Source of the DNA: the human T2T-CHM13v2.0 reference genome, Homo sapiens
Direction: 5' to 3' (one strand)
DNA length: 64,000 nucleotides
NCBI RefSeq assembly: GCF_009914755.1
Contig: NC_060928.1
Part shown: positions 27,400-42,818 of the stretch, in pieces
How the letters are laid out: each line of letters opens with the position of its first letter
Numbering within the stretch: the stretch's first letter is position 1
Made by a program: the position numbers and the translations under genes
Notes under the pieces: generated by a model
What the model was told of the DNA's origin: nothing
Databases searched by the model: none
What the model saw: only the letters and a program-made list of their open reading frames with translations

Positions 27400-29222
27400 T
27401 ACGGTAAATATCAGATTAAATTAAAACAACTTAAAAACTTTCCTTGCAAGATCAGAAATAACACATTGCTGTCCACTGTTACTACTTCTGTTCTCCTATG
27501 TAATATTGTAGTGAAGCCTCAGCTAGTTTAATAAAGCAAATAAATAAATGATAAATAAATATCAAATAGAAATATATAAATAGTATTACTTGAAAGTTAC
27601 ATAAATATAAAATAGGATATTAAAAATCTACAGATAGGCTATTAGAATTTCTAAATTTAGCAGACTTACTGGATGCAAGTAAATATTTTTAAAAACTGTG
27701 TTTCTAAACACTGTACCAACAACAGTTTAAGAAAAAAATATGACTATTACTTCCAATAACATCAAAAACATCCCATTCCTAGGAATAAGTTGAATGGAAG
27801 AGCTACAAAATCTCTATGCCAAAAATAATAAAAATAAGGGAGTAAAATTAAAGAACCAAATCAATGTAAAGACTATGTTCATTATTGAAAGACTCAGTAT
27901 CCCAAAGGACAGAATTTTACCCATGTTGTTCTTCAGATTTCATGAAATCCCAATCAACATTTCAACATGTGTGTTTGTATGTGTGTGTGTGTGTGTGTGT
28001 AAATTAACAAGATGATTTGTATGGAAATACAGTGCTAAGAATAGCTAAGAAAATCTAAAAGAAAGAACAGAATAAAGAACTTTCACTTCCAGACTTTAAT
28101 ACTTACTAGAAAGATCAGTAAAGTGACAGTGTGATACTAGTGTAAGCATAAACATTTAAGCCACCAAAATTGAATGACAAGCCCCCAAACAGAACGACAC
28201 ATGTACAGAGTCTTGATTTATAATTAAGGCAGCACAACAGGACACTCAGGAAAGATTAGACTTTCCAATAAACCTTGCTGAGTAAACTGGTTAGCCATAT
28301 TGGGAAAACAAAGCAAAAGAGAACAAGATACGTAGTTTGCCTAACTGTACACCCTCAAACACTTAGATTACAGATATCATTGTAGAAGATAAAATTATAT
28401 AAATATTTTGGAATATAATATAGAAAAATATGTTTATGCCTTTGCCAAGACTAAACACCAGGAGCAATAAAAATAAAGAAGAATAAAACATAAAGAGCAA
28501 TAAAAATAAAGAAAAATTTAAAAAAAAGAAAAAATAAAGAGAGCTATAAAAATAAAGAAAAAGATTGGTAAATTTAGCCTTTAAAATTTAAAACAACTTT
28601 TCATAAAAAAACTATCTACACAAAAGAACAGAATATATGTATAGTACCATACCTAGCAAAGGACTTGTTTCTAGCATATAAAAACCCCTTTAAATAACCA
28701 AGAAATAGAAATGTGGTAGAGCAAATGGAGAGACATTGGAAAAAGGACTTCAGCTAAAACGCTTTGTAGATTAACAAAGACATACGAAAAGCTGCACCAC
28801 CTGGTCATCAGGAAAATGCAAAATAAAACAACAGTGAAGTACGAACACATACATCAGTGCAGGTAATACATTCTTTTTTCAAAGACTGAAACACCAGTTT
28901 TAAGTGAGGACCTGAAGTAAGCAGAGCTCTTATACACTGCTGAGGGGAGTATCAATTTGGAGGATTTTTGACAGTATTTAGTGTATTGAACGTGCATATC
29001 CCCAGCCATCCCTTACCAGCTTTATTGTACCCATTGATTTCACTGGGATGACTCACCTGTGCTTGCACACAGTGGCTGTGCCCTAGGAACCACACATGGT
29101 CCTTCCTCTTGTTTCTTTACTCTTAATAAGTAACTCTTACTTGCTTTCAAATACTCTTCTAATATTCTTACATAAAATGTTTTAAGACAGGTTGGAAACA
29201 TTTGTCATAAATTCTCATTACT

Positions 29223-29350
29223 GGCAGGGGGTGGTGGCTCAAGCTTATAATCAAACACTTTGGGAGGCTCAACCAAAAGGATCATTTGAGACCAGCCTGG
29301 GCAACATAGACAGTCCCTGTCTCCACAAAAATAAATAAACAAATACATAA
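29223..29350 (+). mobile_element. FLAM/AluJ left monomer
   Basis: ggtggtggctcaag...gagaccagcctgggcaacatag followed by an A-rich tail. Confidence 0.75.
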
Positions 29351-29439
29351 TCAACATCTTATGCTAAATACAACAAATCAGAAAACAGACCTTATTTTCA
29401 TATTGGAGATTTATCAGAAAAACTGTTCTAGCTAAGATA

Positions 29440-29555
29440 GTGAGGCAGCATGCCTATTAGTTAAGAGAAAAAGCCTCATAGTGAAGTTCCTTGGAGATCA
29501 AATCCTCATTCTACTATGTTCTGAGTCAGTGAACCTGGGCAAATTATTTAATCTA
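29440..29555 (+). mobile_element. MIR fragment
   Basis: gaggcagcat...ttaagag...tcaaatcc...gaacctgggcaaattatttaatct. Confidence 0.6.
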
Positions 29556-31471
29556 CCAGTGGGAACTCATGGCTACATTCTACACAGCCTGCAGCAAACT
29601 GAGAACTTTGTGTGATCCTGTGGCATGAACACATAGGTGTGTTCATACTGTGGAATATATAGAGCTGCATTTTTATAATTTCTGTATTTTTCTGAAATAA
29701 AGGTTTATTTTAATATTAAAAATTGTTTTCAACTTAAGGATTTCATAGATTTTCATAAAGTTTACTGCACTAAACTCCAGTGCTGAGCATCGCTCAGTGC
29801 TTCAGCTCAGGTGTGAAAATCTAGGAAGAAGAACCTGACCTGATTGGTTGCGCACAATTTGGGGCAATTACATTTGCAGTTCCAATTTCCCACTGGGTAG
29901 GGGAGGGCTAGTATAATTGGCAGTACTAACAGAATCTTCTAACAGGTGCATGGTAGATCAGCCCCCTAAGTTATCTGTGATGGTAATAATGTTGCCAAGA
30001 ATCAATACTAGGCATGGAAAATGAATGAAAATCAAGAGATGTCTACAACCCTAAATGTTCATCAACAGGCAGTGTTTAAATTAATTATTTTATATCTACT
30101 CTATGTTGTATTAGAAAAAAGGTATACATGGCAAATAGTGACAAAGAATCACACCAGATTCAGGGGAAGATGAAATGTACATTTTATGGAAGTATTCATA
30201 GGCAGAAACATCAGTGTAGTCCACAGCTCTCTGATGTCTCAGCTTTCCTTGAAAGTGACATACCAGATACCACTGTGGAAATTGCTCCAAGGGAAGGATC
30301 CAACCTTCCTACCACTATATAAATCTATAGCAAGGTGAGAAGAGCCCATGGCACATCCCTTGAGTAGTTCATTGTATAACAAAGGAACATCTCTGGACAG
30401 AGATATGGGCTTGTTAATCTAGAGTTCAGGTACCAGCTAGAGGTCTCTGGTTCTTCTGCTGTGATAATTCTGCAGATCTATCAAATTAGACAAGAGGAGA
30501 AAAAATTAGCCTCTGGGGACATCCAGGTTTGTCTCTCCTCAGACTGTCCTCTGTCCCTTGAGGACTTATTGGATACATGATCCTACATTCCAGTAAATGT
30601 CAGGTTGTAACAATTTCTACAACATGGTCTGTAAGTGGAAAAATCAATATATTTTCTTGCAGCTGGGTCCAGTACACTAAGTAACTTTCGTACCAACATT
30701 GCTACAAGTTCCCTTTATATGCAAATGTCTAATGGCACTCCACTACCTGTAATCTCTCTTTTTCCAACTTTTTTCCTCACCCATGGATATATATTTTATA
30801 CATCTTTATTTAATCATAAATTCTCCTTTATCTTTCCCATATTTAACTTCATTTTAATATTAAAGTGATGTTATATTTATGAATGTTTTATATGTTGCAT
30901 AATATCACGATCTCATGCTATCCTAAAACGTGAAACGTTTTTGCCTTTTCTCAAATAGTTTGAGCTTTGGCTCCAAAATATTGTCATTATTTTTAAACTG
31001 TTTTCCAGTTTTTCGGTAGTTTAAAAATATTTTTTATGATCAATTACATAGCTTTTAATTGAAATGCTGATGGAATTGAAATATAAATCCTTTATTTTTC
31101 AAAATGTTGTATGGTGTAAAACATCATGGGGTCATAGAAACAACGAACAAATGTGACATTTAAAATATTTTATTTCATGTTTACCATAGCACAATATAAC
31201 AATAATAACCAAAAATAACAACAATAATAAAATATAATATTTTAATTGATATTTACTCTTTTGGGCATTATTGTAAGGGTTTTAGTTCAACCTCTCATTT
31301 AAACTTCAAAAGACCTACCTGAACATATTATTATAATCATTTAACAGGTAGGTGAACTAATAACTGAAACAAAGAGATTAAACAATTTGCCTAAGTTCAC
31401 TTAATTGGAACATATTAGAAAGAGGGTGTTACCCCAACTAGCCTTTCTCCAACACCTCTTCTCTTAACTAA

Positions 31472-32472
31472 CATTGCCCAAAAGATAACCATGTTCTCTA
31501 AATAGTAGAAAAGAGAGCTTTATTGGTGACATCAGTTTGCACACTGGGAAGTGAAAGCCTCCATCATGGGTTAAAAGTGCTCTGTATTTTTTTTTTATTT
31601 CCAACTTTTATTTTAAGTTCAGGGGTACATGTGCAGGATGTGGAGGTTTGTTACATAGGTAAATGTGTGCCATTGTGGTTTACTGAGTAGATCATCCCAT
31701 CACCTAGGTATTAAGCCCAGCATCCACTAGCTATTCTTCTTAATACTCTCCCTCCTTCCACCCTCAACCCTCCAACAGGTCCCAGTGTGTGTTATTCTCC
31801 CAAATGTGTCCGTATGTTCTCATAATTCAGTTCCCATTTACAAGTGAGAACATGTGGTGTTTGGTTTTCTGTTCCTGTGTGAGTTTGCTGGGTGCTGTCT
31901 CTTCAAAACGGGTTGGTTTCATGCCTCACAGAACCTGTAGCACACAGTAGAGTCATACATATTCAGCAGGTTTGAGGTAAAAGCTATAGATATTTATGAG
32001 GTGAGCCAAGCACACGTGGAATGGATGAACATATATGTAACATATATCCCATGTTTACTTTGGGGCAGGTTTTAGTATTAAAATATGGTGGACTTTGGCT
32101 ATTTAAACCAAAAGGTGAAGTGGAGCACACAAAGACAGTTTGTGCACAGCCTCTGTAAGCTGCTGGAATGGGCTTAAGACCTGCAGTTGCTTCTCAGGAA
32201 AGAATGTCTGTAAGGCTGGTCATCTCTCCAGTCAGAGTTGTAGTGGTCCAGGTTGTAAGTCAGAATCAGGAGAGGTCTACTAAATTGCATGACAGCTCTT
32301 ATCATTAGGGTGTTTAGCAAGAGAGTGTTTTTGTCTTGTAGCTGTAGGAACTTAGAGAGTTGCCATGCCAGCAGACACCTGAGCCCTCAAACTGTAGAGA
32401 ACTTTAGTTTCTTTAACTTCAGAGTCCACCTTGGTTGATAAAAGGGCATCTGTTTTTGTCTCTCAGATCTCA
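31472..32472 (-). mobile_element. MER39-type ERV1 solo LTR, inserted into a MIR
   Basis: Reverse complement starts TGAGATCTGAGAGACAAAAACAGATGCCCTTTTATCAAC; 4-bp TSD CTAA at 31468-31471 and 32473-32476. Confidence 0.85.
31587..31890 (-). mobile_element. L1PA (approx. PA11-13) 3'-end fragment nested in MER39
   Basis: ttttattttaagttcaggggtacatgtgcaggatgtg...gtgagaacatgtggtgtttggttttctg. Confidence 0.85.
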
Positions 32473-32870
32473 CTAATATGCAACCTACCTTCATAACTAC
32501 CTTAGCTACCACGATGTTTCTGCTAAAGAGGAATAGACAAGACTTGTTGAAGTAGGAAAAGAAGAGGAATGAGGAGAACGGAATGTGTAGTTCCCAGGGT
32601 AGTCACCATAGTCGTGTCAAGAAGGAACATCATATCAAATCAGTAGATCCGATAAAATCAAAGCTTAGTTGGGGGATGAGTCCAAGAAGACGTCTACTGA
32701 CCGTTATCTTTCTCTCTTTCAAAAATGTTCTTAAATCTGGTCCAATTTTCATGTCAATTGAAAAAAGAAAGGATAGCAGAAAACATTTTTTTTCTAAAAA
32801 TGAAAACAATAACCAAATGGAACATTATATGTTGGCAGAAATGGGGTAAATAGAGTTAAAAAAAATGGAC

Positions 32871-32873
<3 letters not shown>

Positions 32874-32907
<34 letters not shown>

Positions 32908-32916
32908 ACACACACA
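32874..32916. repeat. (CA)n microsatellite
   Basis: Directly visible. Similar tracts at 27968-28000, 39515-39570, 52043-52093 and 54239-54257. Confidence 0.95.
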
Positions 32917-33114
32917 AACTGAGAATTGAGATGCTTGACTGCCAGAAGGGAAATAACGTCCTAGGAGACAAACAGGCAGAACATCAGACAGGGGGAAGTG
33001 GAGAGAAGCCTGTGGGCAGAGAAGAGAGCCTGTGTTCCCTTGTAGAAGAGAGAGAATAAGAAGACAGAAAAATTAGACATTACCTGATGTGAATTAAAAA
33101 AGAAAGGAAAGGTA

Positions 33115-33603
<489 letters not shown>

Positions 33604-33737
33604 CTATAGACTGACCTATATAAGGTGATAAAACACATGCTAGATAATAAACAAAGGTAAATTATAGATAGGCAACTTCAATAGGATATGTGAATGGCAT
33701 GATTCAATAAGAGCTTAATTTTCAAACAGTAAGCTTA

Positions 33738-33880
33738 ATTTTTGAATTGTGAGAAATGTACATAACATAAAATTTACCATTTTAACCATTTCAAGTGTTT
33801 AGTTTAGTGGCATTAAATGCATTCACAGTGTTGCACAATCATCACCACCATCCTTCTCCATAAATCTTTGCATCTTGTAA
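33738..33880 (-). mobile_element. L1MB 3'-end fragment
   Basis: acataacataaaatttaccattttaaccatt...gtggcattaaatgcattcacagtgttgcacaatcatcaccacc. Confidence 0.8.
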
Positions 33881-36497
33881 ATTTTAAGTTTTATAAGCTA
33901 CTAAGTTTAATTTTTTAAAAATGTGTGCAGTATGCAAACCTCTATCATTTGAGGATTGCAACTAAAATCCCCAAACCTTAATTAACTAGACCAAATTCAT
34001 TTATTTATATAATTTTTAAATTTACTCTCCATGTGAGTAAAGCTGACTTAATTCTCTTCAAATAGCTTTTTTTTAGAAAGAGAAAAGAAGTCATTATTAC
34101 TCTTATTTTAAAATAATAATGAAAAATTTGAAGAACTATGGTAAAATTGGTGCTGGGTTATCTCAATCGCTATCTGAAAAAATATTTTCATATGTCTCTG
34201 CTGATTATCAAGTTATTCAAAATAATTAAAATACAGCAGCTATCAGTGAAGTTGCTACACATTTGGCCCCATCAACTTTTCCAAGAACTTTAAAGGCAAC
34301 GTCATGGACTTTTAATCAAATAGTATGGATGACTTATTAATCTTTTCTGTACATGGGGCTTTTCTGATTACTAGAAGACTTCATTCTTTTCAGATCCTAA
34401 CCTCAGTGAAGCTCAATTTAATCTAGAATTACCTAAATATATCTTTACATTTTGGACTGGATTTATCTGATGTTATCACTTAATGCTGTTTTTTCACACC
34501 AAAATCAGTAAATTCATCTCAAGGAGCAGAATTTTGTTGATATTTTAATGAATATAGGAATATTTGACTTGGAAATTTTTAATTTTGAAGGGGTGTGAAT
34601 GCTGTTTACATTCAAATGTGACATTTAAAATATTTTATTTCATATTCACCCATATTGTAATTTGAGGATGCTTTCCAGAACTTCTGCCATAGCACAATAT
34701 AAAAATAATAACCAAGAATGACAATGATAATAAAAAATAATATTTTAATTGATATTTACATTTTTGGGCTTTATTGTAAAGGTTTTAGTTCAACCTCTGA
34801 TTTAAATTTCAAAAATCTACCTGAACATATTATTATAATCATTTAACAGGTAAGTGAACTAATAACTGAAACACAGATTAAACAATTTGCTCAAGGTCAC
34901 TTCTCATTGGAACATATTAGAAACAGGATGTGACCCCAAGACACATTACAACATTATGGAAGATGCTTTAACATAAGCAGTAAACATGATCATTATCCCA
35001 TATTGTGACTTTCATGTTACAATTACCATACATACAAATCCTAGGAATTTGAGTCTCTGTTTTATTTTTTGAATTAGAGCCTTTGTTTTATTGTTGAATT
35101 TATAAATATAACAACTTGTCTGAGCTTAACACTTTTACTTATTGAAACTACATTAATAAAACATTTATAGCACTTGGGAAGGAAGCACTGTGTGAAATTA
35201 CCATTTACCTTAATTTTAAGTATAAAAATACAATCATGTTAATAACTTGTACTTTGCAGTAAGTGTGATATGCCAATATCAAAATTAGTACATTGTGTCA
35301 AAAAGAAAATGTATTCACTGCCAGCTTAAGAGCCTACAGGAAGGGAGAAGAAAACATTTTTACATAAGATGCTATGTAAAGCCATTTTCCACTGTCTGAA
35401 TCATAAATCACAGGACTAACCTAAAATAAAGAAATAGATTTGATTAGCATTAAGGGATCACTACATCAAGTTATTAAAATTTTGCAAAGTGCCAGGTTGT
35501 ATATGGATTAATTTTAGCTATTCTAAGACTTATGAGTTATGCTTGAAAAATTAAATCTAAAAATGTATTTTAAAAAGTATGCAGGAAATTTTCAGGGTTA
35601 CATGGTATTAACCACTAGTGCTAATTAGAAAAATGAGATATTGGCCTTCTTACTAGTTATACATGACCCTATAAGAAAATCATCGAAATATGCACAAATA
35701 TATTAAATAAATGTTCTGTTATAAATACTATAATCCTAAGTAATGACAGATTAATAAATGCTATAATCCTAAGTAATTACAGATTTTCAACTTTATATAT
35801 TTTAGACTTATTATTAAAGTATAATACACATGTAGGAAAGCACACATGTACATGTATATAAATAAATATGTAGTCCTTCAAAATTACAAAATTTCCATGG
35901 TTAATGATAAAAACTTATTTAAAATATTATGATGTAATTTAAGTATATATTCATTCCTTATTAACATAGAAGATACATATTCTCTTTTGTTCATGAAAAA
36001 TTTACCTAAATAAAAATATAAAGTAAAAACAGATTATAGTTAATAATGTGTAAAACTTAAAAAATAGTAATTTTTAAATATCTTGATAATAATTACTTTT
36101 ATAAGTAAACTATATACACATAGATTTCAGTTTTTCCACACAGCCTTCAAGTGGACCTCATTGTGTAACATGGACCCATATGAGAGACCATGATGTGTGT
36201 ATGTCTGACTAGCAAGATTCTTTTCAGTTTATTGTCTTTTTGAAGTTTGTTGTATTGCGTTTCACATCTGTCAAGACATCTGTATCCTCCAGTTGATATT
36301 CTGAATTTATAGTTCTGTAGTTACAGAATTTCTTTTTTATTTTAATGGCATTATCATCATTAATACTCCTGTAAGGAAATATTCCACTTGTTGTTTTTCA
36401 AAAGAACATATGTTCTCATACATATTTTCATAAACAACTTACTTTATTAAACTTCTGTTTTTGTTTCACTGAGAAAATCATTATTTGAAATTCTTAC

Positions 36498-36626
36498 CAT
36501 CATGCTGGAAAATCTTTTGTACAATACAGCTGTTGAAGTGACAACTTCATATTCACAAGTGTTTGTAATTCCTATAAAATAAGGAGGAATGATCCATGTT
36601 TGATTAATGTTGTAATATAAAGCTAC
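36498..36626 (-). other. Candidate exon followed by a 129-bp GT-AG intron (36369-36497) and a further exon starting at 36368
   Basis: tgtttcttacag|GTAGCT...GATG|gtaagaa; then atttccttacag|GAGTAT; alternative acceptor ccttattttatag at 36571. Confidence 0.4.
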
Positions 36627-38326
36627 CTGTAAGAAACAATATAAAGGACATTTTGATATTTGCCAAAATTGTACTGTTTAAATTTCTTTTAAATACCCTA
36701 AGCTTGTCATTTTAAAATAATTAAGAAAAGATTGAAAATTTATTTTGCCATTATTTATTTCTTCCTCATTTGTATATTAATTATAAGAAATTACAACATC
36801 TTAATTAAAATATTACGTATCTACTAAGTACTAACTCTTCATGTAGAGTATATTGGCACATATTCATTTTCTCATTTTTGCAATTAGATATTTTCCATTA
36901 TATAATTTTTTTTAAATGCATAACCAAAACAAAATATTCTGTATAACAATTATATCTGATGAAGTCAGCTTATAATTGTTTTTAACAATAATATATTTGG
37001 ATTTGACACATAATGTTTAGTTTTTATAGCTAAACATTAGTATTTTAAAGTTTAAGATATATTAATATTTTAATTTTCACTGCTATTTTCCTTGAATAAT
37101 AACATCCATTACCTTAGATGTTACCAACTATTACCATCAACCAGTGCTTCTGCAGTATAACAGTATTATAGCAGTTTCAATTCAAAGTAAAGCTAATGTT
37201 CTATCAATCAAAGGAGATGCTGTAAAAAACTAACATTTGTTTATACTCATCACAGAAAATATAATCAGTAGAGTTTAATATGTTATTAAATTCTTATTCT
37301 TTGAACACAAGTAATCTATGCATTATGTACACTGAACCTTCCAATTAACTCTCATATTTGATTTATCACAGAGCTCAGTAGTTTAACTCTTTTGCTTATA
37401 ACTCACTGCAAATAAATGTCTTTTGACATTAACAGAGACCATGGATTGTGTATAAGAAATGAACACACATGGTCTATTTTTGTTTTGTTTAAATCCTTTT
37501 CCTCCTATTGTCATTCTTTATTTTGTCAACTTTTTTATTACACTGGTAGCTACTATCTTTTGAATGTATTTCACACATCTTAATTTGTAAGGGGTAGCAA
37601 ACCTCATTAATTACATTAAATAGTTAAATAATAAAACTGATATTTGTTAAACACTGCTATATACTGGGGACTGTATTGGATTACTTATTCTCCCATTAAA
37701 TTAATTAATATTTTTTAAAATCCGGGAAGTTTTGACTGTAATTGAGAGTTGAGAGTCACGTGGGTTTACCATGGCTTCCTTTGCACCATGATGATCATTG
37801 AGAGAGTAACAGTGATATTAGAACAAAGAAAATCTAAGTGAAGTGATATGATACAGAAACGCGTCATGTAATTTTGAAAGGGATGGATACTATGCATTAT
37901 ATTATATAGTGAGCTGAAGTACATAAATTTTAAACTAAGAAAATGGAATGCCTTGGACAATGACACTAAACATCGGCTGAGTGAGAATAAGTGGCCTACC
38001 CTGTAGTGTATGTGGCCGTAAAATTGATTTTTCCATTTTGTGCAAAAGCTTATCACTAAGCATGAGTTTCAGGGACAAAACTATAAGTAATAACATTGGA
38101 GCATTAATCTGCTATCATTCTTTTTATAGAGAGCTGATAGAATTGGCCATATTTTGGTATTTCTACTAAAATATAATTTCTGCTGATAAAACTATAACTA
38201 TTCACCATTGTAAAATTCCAATTAGAAAGATTTTATGTTAGAAAACATATGCTAGAAATAAATATAAATAATGTCTAGAAATATGTAGAACGTTATCTAT
38301 GCAGAAATATGTATATAGAGAGTATA

Positions 38327-38549
38327 CAGTTGCCCCTTGAACAACATGAATTTGAACTGTGCACATTCACTTATACATGAGTTTTCTTCTGCCTCTGCCA
38401 CCCCTGAGACAGCAAGACCAACCCCACTTCCTCTTTTCCCTCATCCTACTCAGTGTGAAGATGATGAGGGTGAACCCCTTTATATAAACCACTTCCATCG
38501 AATGAATATTCAATGTATTTTCTCTTTCTTGTGATTTTCTTAGTAACAT
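38327..38549 (+). mobile_element. Tigger2a (MER28) fragment
   Basis: TA|cagttgccccttgaacaac...tctgccacccctgagacagcaagaccaacccc. Confidence 0.85.
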
Positions 38550-38941
38550 ACATACACACACATAATAATATACATACACACACATTTCTAAACACTGAAG
38601 AAAAGATCAAGCCCATTTCGTTATAATTGGATTTCTTTCCTAATTACATAATAAAATAAAGGCTAGTGATTTGATGTAGCATTCACCAAATTATTATTTG
38701 AAGCAATGGAAAGTACAGTTATGAAAATACAGTTTTAGCACATTTCTTAGTGAGAGAAAAATCAGAATAACATGCAAGGATAATGAAAAGAGGATTACCA
38801 TTAATGAAAATGAATTTATAACAATACTTTTTAATTTAGTGTGAGATCCCTAAAATTGTGTGGCTACTAAAAACATGACTGGTGAAAATGTTGATGAGGA
38901 GTTTTTTAGGTTTTGGGAGAGAATGCTTTACCAATTGAAAA

Positions 38942-39343
38942 TTCTACAGTTTGGATATTTGTTCCCAAAACCTTAGGTTGAAATTTGATCCCGGGTGTTG
39001 GAGGTGGAACCTTGTGGGAGGTTTGTGACAGATCCCCCATGAATAGCTTGATGCCTTTCTCACAGTAAGAGGTGTGTTCTCATTCTATCACTTCCCTTGA
39101 GAACAGGTTGTTAAAGAGAGCCTGGCACCTCCCTGCTCTCTCTCTCTCTTGCTTTCTCTCTCACCATATGATCTCTGCACATGCTGGCTTAAACATCCTG
39201 CCATGAGTGAGAGCAACCTGAGGCTTTCACCTGATGTCCAATCTTCTAGCCTATAGAATACAGAAAAGCCAAATAAACTTTTCTTTGTAAATTAACTAGC
39301 CTCAGGTATTTTTTTTTATAGCAGCACTAAACATACTAAGACA
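38942..39343 (+). mobile_element. MSTB-type solo LTR
   Basis: t(g)ctacagtttggatatttgt...actaagaca; 5-bp TSD gaaaa/gaaag. Confidence 0.85.
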
Positions 39344-41744
39344 GAAAGCAACGGAAAGACCGATTAGTTTTGAAATTTGTTACCAGATGTTTATAACATT
39401 ATAAACATAGAATCTAAGAATTAAGATATTCTATTAACTCAGGTATTCCTTCAAATATTGCCACAACTTAAAATTCTATTTGATTTGTTTCCCATGTACT
39501 GAGGCTGAACCATTCACACACCCACCCACCCACACACACACTCACCAACGTGCCTACACACACACACACATACTTTATAATGTATTATGGCTATAAAATA
39601 TGGCTAGAAGTCACCTAAACCTTACAATGCAAATTTATTTACAAAAATTCATCAAACAATAAGTAATTACTAAGAAAATCAGAAAATTTCTGTTTGTATA
39701 AGACTTTTACAAAAAGCATTTATACATTAAGAATTAAAAAAGTAATTTTCAACTAAAACATTTAACCACATATTCAAAAATTAAAAAGCTTGACTTTGTA
39801 TTTATATTATAATTGTACTAAGTATGAGAAATTATCATTGTGTTGTTAATTTGCAGTATTTAGGTGATTTCTGTAGGGACTTGTAGTAGAAAAAGCTTAA
39901 AGATACTACTACTATTGTCAGTGCTGGTTTTGACAAGTCAACGTGGATGTCTCTCCATCCCTCTATGAATTCTAGGGATTAATATAGGGCTTTGGTTCCC
40001 TTCTTGTCAATCAGTTTCTCATCTTTCTCTATCAATAAGTTCAACTTTATTAAGAAATAGATTTGTTTCCTAAAACATGTGCCCTTTTGGGATTTTAATT
40101 ATTTGTCTTATTTCATTTCTGTCAATTCTCTTCAATCTTCATTGTTGACCATTTTTTTTAACACTAATTAGGTCCATAGATTGTATAGAAATAGTTTATA
40201 TTGCATATAGTTTTTAAAATATTTGACACTTTCTCCTGAACACATTTCTGAAAATATTGATTTCAATATAGTCCAGAGAACTCATTTCACTTGCCAGCCA
40301 AGTATATTATTTAAGAATTCAATATTTTCTACTCTTGTATTTACACAAAGTATATCTTAGAAAACATCAAAAGTCTGATTATTATGGGCACTCATCTCTA
40401 AAGAAGGCTCAGATCTAGAATTATTTATTTTATTATATTCAATTCCTAAGTTCCAAAAATTAAAACTGAATTAGTTCTTAAATTATAAAATAAAATAGAT
40501 TTATTTTCAATTGGGAATAATGTTCTGAACCTCAAATATTTTGCTTTATTTGATATTGTGATTAAATAATAGTCACTGAGTTAGTTTTTAATGTATGTAT
40601 GAATATCTTGATACCTATTTTTATATTTAAAAAATACATTATTTTTATAAATATTGTTAACTCATTTTTTCTTTCATTTACCAAATATTTATTGACCACT
40701 TATAATGTACCAGTTATTTTTTCTCTGTATAGAGGTAATAGCAGTAAATAAGATAAGCCTTGCTACTTTCATATTTTTCCTATGAAGTTTTAAATATTTT
40801 ATGATTAGTACATTTTTGTATTATATTACTCTTATTACAGTCAAGGTTAACTTAGGGTAATTATACATAAATTTCTATTTTTTTAACTTATATTTCTGTT
40901 TCCTTTAAATGTATTCTCTTTCACAATACATCTTTTAAAAATGTATACCAAATGAATGTAGTTTTCAAAGCCAAGCAAAGAACAACCTCATTGCATATAC
41001 CTACAAAATTAATAGTGGCACAAAAATTATGCGCAGCCAGCAAAACTAGCAAAATTAATGTGCTGATTCTGACCAGATTTGCAGAAATGCAAATATTGCA
41101 GTTTTCATCTCATATAGTTTGAAGAGATAAACTTTAAGAGCAACTTTTTTTCTTTATAAAGTAATAATAAGTTTAAATAATTTTTGATACCAAAATATTT
41201 ATAATGGCAAAATATGAAGACACTATTTGTCTGAGCCTTAGTGTCTCCCTCAGGAACAGATACTTTCCCAAATCTGTTTGAATAGGAAAAAATATATATG
41301 TATATATTTATTTATTTGTTTATAGGACTTTATTGTCCACATTATTTATTTACGAATACTACTGAACTTATAAGTAGGAGCATGTAGTTTTCAACAATTC
41401 ATTTAACAGTTTAACTACTTATCTCTAATTACTATATGTTTGTGTATGTAACGGGATCTAATGTGAAAGCTAATTACAAATTAGAACTTAAAATATGATG
41501 TCCTAAACATGCAGTAAGAATATTTTTTAGAAATCTTCTTATCTATAATAAAGAAATAAATCAAATAGCTAGACTAGACTTCATGATTAGTAGAATAAGA
41601 AGGAATGGGGTACTAAAAAATAAAGATTTGGCTTCAACTAAGAAAAAAGGAAAGAAGTAATCTCCTTTAAAATTTATAGTCATACAGAAGGCACTTCCGA
41701 ACCTGTGGGGGAAGGGGCATAAGAAAGAACCGGATGCTTGTATG

Positions 41745-42033
<289 letters not shown>

Positions 42034-42189
42034 TAACTTTATACACAAAGAGACTTCTTAAATATGAATGATAAACTGGTAAAAGTCAAGAAAACATAAA
42101 TATTCTAAGAAAATTTTACCCAGAAGAGGTGTAAGAGCAATAACATGGAACATATATGACATAAAATTAAACACCAAGAGGTAACAGTT

Positions 42190-42579
<390 letters not shown>

Positions 42580-42755
42580 TCAAGATTAGAAGAGTTCTTA
42601 GCTGGTAGGTGGCAGCTGAGATCGTTGAATAAATAAAGGTTTTGTTAGAATTTTCTGCATAGAAAATTAGCTAAATGACAGTAGAGATGTAGAGATTAAG
42701 ATCTCTCTATGTCTACCTCAAGATACATCAGATAGAGAAACAGACAGTCAGATAC

Positions 42756-42756
<1 letters not shown>

Positions 42757-42804
<48 letters not shown>
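42757..42804. repeat. (GATA)n tetranucleotide STR
   Basis: About 12 perfect units. Confidence 0.95.
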
Positions 42805-42818
42805 AACTTAAACATATA

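Noticed and set aside
30200-30625. Possible old LTR (TATA-like tatataaa, ending tgtaaca...caaca)
   Set aside because: I could not assign a family, termini or TSD with confidence.
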